From contig MU057651.1 in the NCBI GenBank assembly GCA_013265495.1, positions 858,318 to 878,317 of the forward strand: a stretch of 20,000 nucleotides of DNA, read 5' to 3'. Source of the stretch: Vicugna vicugna. Its lineage: Eukaryota. Below are positions 9,200 to 18,708 of this stretch, in pieces. A program made the position numbers and the translations under genes. Each line of letters starts with the position of its first letter. The first letter of the stretch is position 1. The notes below the pieces were generated by a model. The model did not search any database, was not told the origin of the DNA, and saw only the letters and a program-made list of their open reading frames with translations.

Positions 9200-10696
9200 G
9201 GTTATTTTTTCCTCACTGTATTGGGTTATAATTGACAACATTGTACTATATATTTAAAGTGTACAATGTGATGATTTGATATATGTATACACTGTGAAAT
9301 GACTACCACAATTAAGTTAAGTAGAACATTCATCACCTCACGTATTTATCTTTAGGGGGGTGTGTGTGTGTGTATGTGTATGGTGAGAATGCTTAAGATC
9401 TTTAAGTCTTTCTTTCTCCATTTGGCTTATTTTACTTAGCATAATATCCTCTAGGTTCATCCATGTTCCTGTACATGGTACAATTTCATTTTTTATGGCT
9501 GAATAATATTTCTCTATATATGAATTCATATCTATTCTTATTCATGTATATATATCCAAAATGTGCATCTGTACCACAGTTTCTTTATCCATTCGTCTGT
9601 TGGCTGATACTTTAGGCTGTTTCCATGGCTTGGTTATCGTGACTAACGCTGCGATGAACATGGAAGGGCAGATAGCTCTTCAAGATACTGATTTCTTTTC
9701 CTTCAGATGTATCCCCAGAAGTGGGATTGCTGGATCATAGGGGAGTTCTATTTTTATTTTTTTGAGGAATCTCCATTACTATTTTCCATAGTGGCTGCAC
9801 CAAGCTACATTCTCACCAACACTGCACGAGGGATCCCTTTTCTCTTCGATAACACTTGTTATTTCTTATCTTTTTGGTAATGGCCATCCTAACAGGTGTC
9901 AGGTGTGAGGTGATTGATTTGCATTTCTCTGATGATTAGTGATGTTGAGCATCTTTTTGTGTACCTGTTAGCCATCTGTGTGTCTTCTTTGGGAAAATGT
10001 CTGTCTAGGTCCTTTGCCCAATTTTAGTCAAATGATGATGATGATGATTTTGCTATTGAGTTGTAGGAGTTCCTTATAACTTCTTATCAGTTAGATGACT
10101 TGCAAATATTTTCTCCCATCCCATAGGTTGCTTTGCACTCTCTGTTGATTTTTTCCTTTGCTGTGTAGAGGCTTTTTAGTTTGATATAGTCCCACTTGTC
10201 TACTTTTGCTTTTATTGTCTCTTCTTTGGTGTCATATCCAAAAAAATGATTTCTAAGACCAACATCAGGGAGATTTTCCCCTATGTTTTCTTCTAGAAGT
10301 TTTACAGTTTTAGGTCCTACATTTAAGTCTTTAATCCTTTTCAAGTTAGTTTTTGTGAGTGGTGTAAGATAGGGGTCCAGTTTCAGTATTTTGCATGTGG
10401 ATATCCAGTCTTCCCAGTACCATTTATTTAAGAGACTATCCTTTCCCCATTGTATTTTCTTGTCCCCCTGATCAAAGATTAGTTGAACATATACACATGG
10501 ATTTATTTCTGAGCTCTCTATTCTGTTTGATTGGTCTGTGTGTCTGTTTTTATGCCAGTACCATACTGCTTTGATTACTATAGTTTTGTAGTGTAGCTTG
10601 AAATCAGGATGTATGATACCTCCAACTCTGTACTTCTTTCTCAAGGTCATTTTAACAATTTGAGGTCTTTTGTGGTTTCATAAAAATTTTAGAATT
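9200..10696 (-). mobile_element. L1 (L1MA-type) 3' fragment containing ORF2 remnant
   Basis: ORF 10087-10650 translates to L1 ORF2-like sequence ([31 protein letters not shown]...[16 protein letters not shown]...KWDYIKLKS); the ORF2 C-terminus (YYSAIKNEI...WMNLEDIMLSKISQ) lies in ORF 9338-9529; L1MA-type 3'UTR. Confidence 0.95.
10087..10650 (-). pseudogene. L1 ORF2 remnant (region C-terminal to the RT domain), non-functional
   Basis: 187-aa open stretch with clear L1 ORF2 motifs, inside a truncated and degraded L1. Confidence 0.9.
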
Positions 10697-10699
10697 CTT

Positions 10700-11175
10700 G
10701 TTGAATCTTGCAGGCTCATTGTACCCCATAGGATGTTGTGGGTGTGACTCTATGTAGGTTCTGAGGCTAGATTATAAAAGATGATTTCATTTCTATTTCG
10801 CTTGCTGGAACACTTATTCTTGGAGCCCTGAGCCACCATGTAAGAAGTTTGACCATCCTGAAGCTACAGGACAGTAAGGAAGCCAGTCATGTGGATAGGA
10901 CACATGTAGGCACTTTGGTTGGCACTTCTAATCTTTGAGTCTCCCCAGCCCAGAAACCCAGCATGTGAGTGGACAAGATTTTAGATGATTCCAGCGCCTG
11001 CCATCAAGTCACCCCCACCTTTCAAGTTTTCCCAGTGGAGGTACTCCACGTCATGGAGCAGAGAAAGCTCTCCCCATTGTGCCCTTTCTAAATTCCTGAC
11101 CTGCTGATTCCATGAGCATAAAATTATGGTTGTTTCAAGCTGCTAAATTGGGTGGTCATTTGTAACAGCATGTTT
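10700..11175 (+). mobile_element. MLT1 (G/H-like) MaLR LTR, 3' part
   Basis: tgaggctagattataaaag...ttggagccctgagccaccatgtaagaagt...tagatgattccagc...atggagcagaga...aattcctgacc...ccatgagcataaaattatggttgtttcaagctgctaa...tttgtaacagca. Confidence 0.85.
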
Positions 11176-11206
11176 GAAATATTTCATCATTTTTTTCCCA
11201 ATCTGT

Positions 11207-11575
11207 ATTTATTTTAAAAATTGAGGTATAATTGACATGTAACATTATATTAGTTTCAGATGTGCACTATGATTTGATATTTGCATATATTGCAAAATGA
11301 TCACCACAATAAGTCTAGTTAACATCCGTCACCATACATAGTCACAAACATTTTTTTCCTTGTGGTGAAAACTTTTAAGATCTCTCCCAGCAACTTTCAA
11401 ATATGCAATACAGTATTGCTAACTACAGTCACCATGCTGTACATTACATCCCCAGAACTTATTTATTTTAAAACTGGAAGTTTATACTTTTTAAATGTCT
11501 TTACCCATTTTGCCCACCCCTCATTCCCTGCCTCTGGCAACTGCCAATCTGTTCTCTGTATCTAGGAGCTCATTT
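11207..11575 (-). mobile_element. L1 3'UTR fragment (laurasiatherian, L1MA9-like)
   Basis: ttgaggtataattgacatgtaacattatattagtttcag...gatcaccacaataagtctagttaacatccgtcacc...tcaccatgctgtacattacatccccagaacttattt...cctctggcaac. Confidence 0.88.
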
Positions 11576-12099
11576 TAAAAAGCATTATTATTTCATAATT
11601 TAAAAGGAAGATCATTAAAGGACCAGATTCCCTCTCATGCCACCACCTCAATTCAGATTCGTGCACGAGGTAAGATATGCCTCAAGAGTAGGTCGCCGTA
11701 TCATGATGTCATTTGAAGGGCACTAAATCTCCAAAACCCATCACCCCACTTGAAATTCTAAAATGTTCCCAATCAAGATATTTTTGAAGTCTTTTACCTC
11801 CAAGAGTCCACTATTAAAAAGTAAATAATCCCCCAAAGGCATGGAGGTGGGGGACAAGAAAGGAGGGCATTTGACCTGGGCATCGTTTTCACAAAAGGCT
11901 TTGACTTTAGACTTTTGAAGTTATCACTAAATGAATTTCTTGATATACAGTGGGCAGTTATGTGACAAGAAGAAGATATTCCTCATGTAACTTTAAACTT
12001 CTGTCTGATCACCTGGCCCACTACCTGTACTGCACTTTGAATTAATTTTTAAAATAAATCTGGCAATTATCTTGTGATTAGCACAATAACCTTGTAGAA

Positions 12100-12118
12100 C
12101 ATTGCCATCTGCTGTGAA
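12100..12118 (-). promoter_or_regulatory. CTCF-like motif (reverse orientation)
   Basis: Minus strand TTCACAGCAGATGGCAATG has one core mismatch (A for the first C); it also contains a CAGATG E-box. Confidence 0.4.
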
Positions 12119-12800
12119 ACACATAAATTAGAATTAGGCTATAGATATGAGTGATTCATGGTCATCAGCCAAACCCCTAATTGGCATAATAGTCATTGTT
12201 ATATTAAAAATCCTGCGACATTATTTAGCTGCAAAGATTCCAAACTTTTGCATTGTTCAAAAATACGTTAATCAGTAACTCTTCGTGAACAGATAGAAAC
12301 AAATTGATGCATTTTTTTTAGTTCAAAGTGTAATCGTGTGCCGTGTAAACACTGAAAATACCGCAGTTTGAGCAACCTGTTTGGTATTTGGAATATATAT
12401 GTATGAAGTCTTAGTACCTGGAAATGGCTATTGTGAGTCTGGCTCTCTGAGAAGCCACAGGTGATGTTAAAAACTATCATTTGGTGGAGGTGTGGGGCAT
12501 TCAGTTTAATGTTGGAGTTTACGCAGGAATTATCTTTGAAATCCTTTCTAACCTTGAGGTCTGGTGAACATTTGACCTAATTAAAGCCCCCTGGAGGGGA
12601 ACTATCGGGCCTAGGAAGGGAAAGGACTAGAGACTGAGGAATCTCTTCTAACACTCCTCTCTCCATATTTTTTCTGGGGCTTCCAGAGGGAGGAGGCCCA
12701 GGGGGCTGGGACAGACTGGATCACCCTTTTCTGAATGTGTATGTCGTGATGCAAAATTCAACTCCCTTCTGTGAATCCAAACAGGGTAGCAGCACACAGG

Positions 12801-12814
12801 GTTACCATGGCTAC
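12801..12814. promoter_or_regulatory. RFX X-box motif
   Basis: GTTACCATGGCTAC is a 13/14 match to GTTRCCATGGYAAC. Confidence 0.55.
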
Positions 12815-12932
12815 TGCTCTATTGCACAAGCTCCCGTCTGATGCCAGGAAAGGGTGTGTGCCAAACTGTGGCCGGCCCATTCGCTGCAACTCTAAGCCGT
12901 CTTCGGAAGCTCCCGAATAGGCTAGGCAGTGC

Positions 12933-12951
12933 CGGCCAGCAGAGGGCGCTA
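12933..12951 (+). promoter_or_regulatory. CTCF binding motif
   Basis: CGGCCAGCAGAGGGCGCTA is a near-consensus match to TGGCCACCAGGGGGCGCTA. Confidence 0.75.
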
Positions 12952-12997
12952 CACGGCCTGCCGTCCGGCCCCAGGGGCTGCCCTGAGGGGCCTCCCC

Positions 12998-13033
12998 CTG
13001 CTGCTGTCGTTGCTGCTGCTGCTGCTGCCGCCG
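12998..13033 (+). repeat. Interrupted trinucleotide repeat (CTG)3 TCG TTG (CTG)5 (CCG)2
   Basis: Read directly. Confidence 0.95.
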
Positions 13034-13194
13034 CCACCTTGTGTCCTTGGAGGAGGACCGATTGCTTCCTGAGAGAACAGCTACACCTTTCAATGGGAGC
13101 GAGCTCTCCCAAGAAATGGGTTGGCTTGGTGTCCCGCCACATCTCTCCCTGGCCACTGACTGGCCTTCCCCTGAGCATGGCTGGGTGGGGGCCA

Positions 13195-13580
13195 CCCCCT
13201 TCTGTGTGCCCTTCTTCCCCTCTCACCTGTGTTCTTCCTCTTACTTTTCTGTTCTGAGCTCTTCTCTTCCTTCTCCGCTGGCTTTTGGCTTCTCTTCTTT
13301 CTCTTGGGCTTCCCATGACCCCCTCCTCCTTTCCCTCTTTTATTGCCTTTTATTTGATCCTTCACTCTTCTCTGACTTTAAAAAAAAATCCCTCTCCTTT
13401 CCTTCTGCTTTCCCTTTTCTCCTCTTTCTTGTTCTCTGATCATTTATTTCTCTCTTCTTCCCTTCCGACCTCCTAGCTCATTTTGATCTACTTCTTCCTC
13501 CCCAGCATGTGCTCCCTGGTGGGCCCCTGTAGGTATAAGAATTTCACTTTCCTTCTTCAGTATCTTTTCTTCTTCCTTCT
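13195..13580 (+). repeat. CT-rich low-complexity polypyrimidine tract
   Basis: Strong pyrimidine bias (cttctcttccttctcc..., ccctcctcctttccctctttt...). Confidence 0.8.
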
Positions 13581-13604
13581 CATGGCTTCTGTTGGAAGGA
13601 AGTA

Positions 13605-13870
13605 AGCCCACTGGTTAAGCTCCCAGTGACCTTTGAGGTCACTCACATCTGGAGTCAAACTGCATTTTATCAAGCTGTGTGACCTCAGGCAAATCTCTCA
13701 AGTTCTCTGAATCTCAATTTTCCCACCTGTAAGTTATCGGCCTATTAATGCCTATTTCATAGTTTGACTGGTGCAGGGGTGATGGTAGGGAACACATGAG
13801 ACAGTGCTTACAAAGGACTTAGCGCAGTGTCTGGAACACAGTAGGCCCCCAGTTAATGATATTTATTAGC
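13605..13870 (+). mobile_element. MIR
   Basis: tggttaagc...agctgtgtgacctcaggcaaatctctcaagttctctgaatctcaattttcccacctgtaa...cttagcgcagtgtctggaacacagtagg. Confidence 0.85.
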
Positions 13871-13970
13871 TTTCTGCTCTTATTTACATCTTCTCCATGG
13901 CTTCTCGGCCTCCCTTCTCTCCTTTTCCTTATACCATTCCTTCTTTCTCTCTCCTTTGCCTCTCTGGCCA

Positions 13971-13972
<2 letters not shown>

Positions 13973-14008
<36 letters not shown>

Positions 14009-14020
14009 TGTTATGTGTGT
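13973..14020 (+). repeat. (TG)14 microsatellite with imperfect extension
   Basis: Perfect TG run 13973-14000, then tatgtgtgtgttatgtgtgt. Confidence 0.95.
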
Positions 14021-14599
14021 TTCTAGGCCCTATTATTTTCTGCTTTTATTTCCTTTCATTCTCTTTCTTCCCCTTTCTCTCCATCTTTGGAGCTTATTCA
14101 AGTATTTACTCTTCCTTGTCTTTCTTCCCTCCTTATGCTTAGTAATTACACCATCAATGTATGCTTTTGATTAGTAATAGTGAAGGGCACTTGTTAGGTA
14201 ACGAAGGCAGAAGCCTTCTTATTTTGATATCAACAAAGAGAGGCTTCAGCTAGACATCGAGTGGTCTCTGGGACTCCGAATAGGAAAAGAAATAACATGA
14301 ATCTGGGCTAAGTTGACCTACAGAGTTGTTTAAGGCCTGCCTTACTCCAATTGGTACCTTACAAGGTGTTTGATTCTTGCAACAGAACTTCTGCAGACCC
14401 CTTCAAATTTCCTTCTAAGAGTACACTCCTGATGAGGGCTTGGAGATGGTGCTATAAAAAGATGATGCTATGATAATGTTTATATAATGATAACAGAGCA
14501 AGCTATAATCCACCACCCTCTCCTTCCACTGGAGAAAAAAGGCCAATCACAAAGAACAACAAAAACAGAAACAAACAGTGTATTCATCCTGATTTGTTG

Positions 14600-14775
14600 C
14601 TGTGGACTTTGAGGTTTGATTCTGGGATCCTGGGGGTATGGTGGTACCACTGATAAACATGGAGAAGTTGATGTGGGGAAACAATTTAGAGTGAAAGAGG
14701 CCTCTCAGTTTAGATACGTTGAGCTGAAAATGGTGATGGACTCTGTAAATGACAATGCTCTCTAAGCAGCCCTGT
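14600..14775 (-). mobile_element. L2 fragment (degraded)
   Basis: atggtggtaccactgataaacatggagaag...tcagtttagatacgttgagctgaaaatg resembles antisense L2. Confidence 0.55.
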
Positions 14776-14810
14776 AAAGTAGGAAGGCAAATGCTCCATC
14801 TGCTAATCGA

Positions 14811-14852
14811 GCAAATAAAGGTTCAGGCAAATAAAGGTTCAGGCAAATGAAG
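14811..14852 (+). repeat. 16-bp tandem repeat (2 perfect copies plus a partial copy)
   Basis: GCAAATAAAGGTTCAG twice (14811-14842), followed by GCAAATGAAG. Confidence 0.93.
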
Positions 14853-14873
14853 TCATTTGCTCAAAATAAATAG

Positions 14874-14998
14874 CAATGGTTCTTCAATTTTAGCTTGTAT
14901 CATTTGGTCGTGATAGGGCTCAGGAATCTGCATTTTAAATAGTATTTCAAGTGGCCCTGCTACAGGTGGTCTTTGCACAGAGCACACTTTGAAAATTT
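14874..14998. mobile_element. MER5-family (MER5B-like) hAT fragment
   Basis: caatggttcttcaa...gggctcaggaatctgcattttaaa...caggtggtc...cacactttgaaaa. Confidence 0.65.
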
Positions 14999-16017
14999 CA
15001 AATACATGCAGTGGAGGGAGTTTCATGTGGGGAAGACGATAGATGCCAAGATGATGCAAAGGGAAGTGGGTCAGAGACCAATCTGGCTAGCTCCTCACAA
15101 ATGTTGACTGAGGAGCAGCCCAACCCAGCCAGGCCTTTGGTTGATAAATAGGTCCAGTCCCTTCCATTTCAATTCAGTCTTCTCTGGCCCGACAGGTAAA
15201 TAGATCATATATTTCCTTGAACTGCTATATTATGGTCTCATCTTTGGTTGTTGGTATCTGGCTTGGGGGATATGAGAAGTAATCAATACTGGAGCACGAG
15301 GGGGCATTTGGTGTGTTGGGATAGGGCAGCTGGGATGGAGACAGAGATGGGGGCTCTGAGATTTGCATTGAGCTTTCACAGTACAACAGTCCCAAAGATT
15401 GCCACTTTGAGAGATACTGGTCTCATGTCGGGCGAGAGGTCAGTATTATAGATGTACATTTCAGACATATTAGTATGGATGATGTTATACCTTCACTACA
15501 TACAGTGAAATAATTTGGACACTATGCTATTTATTTGTCAGTATAGACAAGTGATCTGGATAATTCAGGCCATCCATAATGATTGCATGAACTACATAAC
15601 TAGCAAGTCACTATCTCACTTCACATTATTGTAAACATGGTTCCAGTTACCACTTGAGAACATTGCCTTGGGAAAGATCAAGTGAAAAGTGAAAAGATCC
15701 AGATAAAGTGAGCTGTGCTTGAAAAGCCATAGATCTGAGGATTGCTGTGAGATTGTAAAATCAAAGGCACACTTGGCCAAAAGAGGCATAGACTAGGGGA
15801 GGACAGCTTGAAGCTCTTTAAATTTCTGGAGAGACCAATAAAAACTGACTTCTTCCGTATAATCCACAAACAAAGGGTTACTCAATGAAACTGATGGCAA
15901 ATAAACATGGAATGAGTAAAATGGATCATGTCTTCCTGTAGTATGTCACCCTCTGTGGAAGTCACTACTGTAAGAAGTTGTAAATGGAAATGTTGGGACC
16001 ATACTTTAAAAGTGGAT

Positions 16018-16165
16018 ATATATACAAGATCTTATGGTAGCTCACAGAGAAAGGAATGTGACAATGAATATATATATGTTCATGTATAATTGAAAAATTG
16101 TGCTCTACACTGGAATTTGTCATAACATTGTAAAATGATTATAAATCAATAAAAAATGTTAAAAT
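16018..16165 (+). mobile_element. Young, severely 5'-truncated L1 3' end (camelid-type) with TSD
   Basis: Near-identical to the reverse complement of ~18720-18857; TSD aaagtggat at 16009-16017 and 16166-16174; L1 endonuclease site TT/AAAA at 16006-16011; AATAAA near the 3' end. Confidence 0.9.
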
Positions 16166-16709
16166 AAAGTGGATGACCATCTTCATATGTACTTAATCCT
16201 TACTAGTCACTTGTGTTATTTCATTTTCCTCTGTTTTTTTTTCATTTTCATTGGAATATCAATGTCTTTGTTATTGGCTTGTAAGAACTCATTTATGACT
16301 AAGGATGTTAATCATTTGTTATGAATTGTAAATGAAATACCATGCTTTTTACCATGAGTTTACTATAGTGTTTTATATTTTTTTTGTGTATTGAAATATA
16401 ATCATGTTGTGTTAAAAAAAAAGGTGGATGGAATAACTTTATAATACGTGCTGATAACATTTGCATCTTTGGCCCAAGATAGGGAGAATTCATTTTTATG
16501 CTTCAAATTCCAAACCTGTAACTTGGTGGGTGGTGGGGTGGGGAGAGGTGTACAGCTTTAAGAAAGATTCATGTCTCCTAAGAAGAGCAATATACAATTA
16601 GCACGCACTGTGGGTTTTCTTTGGCTGATCTGGGTCAGCGTACAGGAGGCTGGATCTGTTTGGCTCTCACTTCTCTTGGAGACATTTTTAACTTTGCTGA
16701 ATTCATGAT

Positions 16710-16875
16710 TCATAGAATCACAGGACCACACAATTCAGAGTTGGAAGCATGCTTAAAAAGGACCTAGTTCAACCCTGTAATTTCTCAGATGGGATTCACA
16801 GTGAGGAAATGACTTGCTTAAGATCATAAGCCTAGTTCTATGCATGGACAAAGGTAGAAATGTAATCAGACTAGT
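16710..16875 (-). mobile_element. MIR3-like SINE
   Basis: tcatagaatc...agagttggaag...ctagttcaaccc..aatttctcagatggg...aaatgacttgcttaagatcata. Confidence 0.65.
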
Positions 16876-16928
16876 TATTTGATGTGATATCGGTAAAATA
16901 TTCAGATGCTTGTCTGAATTGACCAGAT

Positions 16929-17329
16929 CAGTGGTTCTCAACACTGGCTGCAGAAGTGGCATTCAAAATATTTAATAATAGGTACGGTACTGTGCACTGA
17001 CTAATTAGAATGGAATCTGGCTAAATGCTGAAGCAGGGTTCTGGAGGACTCCTGCTGGGCAGTCATTAATCGTTTAGCAATGGATTCTGGGGATGTCTGG
17101 GGGTTCTGGACTGGAAGAGATGAGATGCCCAGGGTACTCAGATCTCAGGACATTTAACAACTTCATTGAAAGTATTTCTCAGTGTCTTCACAACTGCTGT
17201 GGGCTATACCAGTGAATCTTGACCGAATAATCCAATTTGCTTGGCCTGCACACTAGAATCATTTGGGGAACCTTTAAAAATATCAGTGTCCAGGTAATTT
17301 TAATGTGTAGCCAAGGGTGAGAACCATTG
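16929..17329. mobile_element. MER5A1-like hAT element with a second hAT element (ORSL/Tip100-like, ~16951-17239) nested inside
   Basis: TIRs CAGTGGTTCTCA ... TGAGAACCATTG; 8-bp TSD gaccagat/gactagat; the internal insert is flanked by actggctg / cttggcctg. Confidence 0.7.
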
Positions 17330-18014
17330 GACTAGATGTTCTGGCATCTAGTTCTAGAGGCTTTGGACACATTTCCTTTTAAGCTTAACTCACACCCATT
17401 ACTCAGAAACATAACTAAGCCTGTTGGACTTCTTCTAAGACCTCTGAACTTAATCTTGGGTCCTAAACAAATATACCATGGCTTGTCTAAAAAGGCCCTG
17501 ATGACGCTGCCTGAGCCCCACTTTCTGTACAAACTCTCTCAGCACTAAGCTGAGGTCATCATATTTGATCTGGATAGAACGTAAAACAAAACCCCATACA
17601 AAGCCATCTTCAACTGTACAAGCCAGAATTGATGCCTTTGTGTGTCCATTGCAATTTTCCCTACACTGTGAGCTTGCATCTCTGCAAGCTAATCCTTCTC
17701 AGTTGGATCCAGGGAAGGATTTTAGAGCCTGGGATAGGAGGTTCCATCAGATGGGGCAGGGCCCCTGAAAAGGTCCTTTGGACAAGCTGACTACATCCTT
17801 TATCCAAGAATATTCTGAAATGGAGTTAGTGATGGAGATGGGAGTTACCGGATACATGGCGGGGTGGTAAGAAGTGTGAGGGGACATGTTATAACCCAGG
17901 GAAGAAAATGAGAGCGGGAAATTCAGAAACTAAATATGGGTGAGCATGAAAAAATCAGACACAGGAAGAGCTGTGGGGAGATAAGGGACATTTCTTGATG
18001 AATCATAACAGCCA

Positions 18015-18708
18015 TTTTTTTTTCTCCAACATTTTATTAGTGGTATTTTAAAACATACAGAGAAGTTGAAATAATTTCACAGTGAGCACCCACATACCAA
18101 ACACATAGATTGTACAATTTACATTGTACTTTGCATTATCACACACTTCATCTCCCTAACACTCTATCCATTTATCATCTATCTTATTATTTTGACACAT
18201 GTCAAAGTATATTGCAGACAACAATCCACTTCTCCCTAAGTACTTCAGCATGCCTATCAGGAACTAGAGTTTAGCATTAGTTTAGGGTACTTTCTTCTTT
18301 TGAGATTAAGGTTACATAAAGTAGGGTATATGCATCTTCAATGAACCACCAGTGAGATATGAAAAATTATTACACATGTGTAATCCAGACCCCTTTCATG
18401 ATCTAGAATATTACCATAACTTCAGAAAGTTCCTCAAGCCCTTTTCCAATCCCCACCCTTCTCTCTGCCTCAGGCAATCAGTGTTTTTTTGTTGGTTGGT
18501 TGGTTTGTATTTTGTTTTTTTATCATAGATTGACTTTGCTTTTTCTAGAACTTTATGTAAATGGGATCATACAGTTCATACTCTTTGGTGTAAGGATTCT
18601 TTCATTCAGGATAATATTTTTGAGATTCATCCATACTGTTGTTGTGTATCAGTAATTCCTTCCTTTTTATTGCAGAGTAGTATTCCACTGTAGGACTATA
18701 CTGCAGAG
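18015..18708 (-). mobile_element. Old L1 (L1ME-type) 3' end
   Basis: aacattttatt...aaacatacagagaagttgaa...taagtacttcagcatg...cagaaagttcctc...ttctagaactttatgtaaatgggatcatacag...tttgagattcatccat...agtagtattccactgta. Confidence 0.85.

Larger units (their letters stand above)
12785..13140. promoter_or_regulatory. CpG-rich promoter / first-exon-like element of an unidentified gene
   Basis: About 17 CpGs in ~310 bp against a CpG-depleted background; RFX X-box, CTCF motif, CTG/CCG repeat and Kozak-like GCCGCCGCCACC. Confidence 0.55.

Noticed and set aside
10032..10046. (ATG)5 run
   Set aside because: Trivial microsatellite inside an L1
12980..13072. Leucine-rich signal-peptide-like frame reminiscent of PTGS1-type leaders
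   Set aside because: In-frame TAG upstream, no ATG and TGA shortly downstream; explained by the CTG repeat
12758..13195. PolyQ ORF as a known polyglutamine gene (e.g. AR, ATXN, HTT)
   Set aside because: The flanking peptide matches none that I recognise, so no gene symbol was assigned
13041..14174. Hydrophobic F/S/L-rich and K/R/E-rich ORFs
   Set aside because: Translation artefacts of CT-rich low-complexity DNA and the TG microsatellite
14792..14808. Weak reverse CTCF-like motif (tgctccatctgctaat)
   Set aside because: Several core mismatches and no supporting CpG context
17331..17352. Small hairpin ACTAGATG-ttctgg-CATCTAGT
   Set aside because: An 8-bp stem is expected by chance in 20 kb and is too short for a miRNA or other ncRNA
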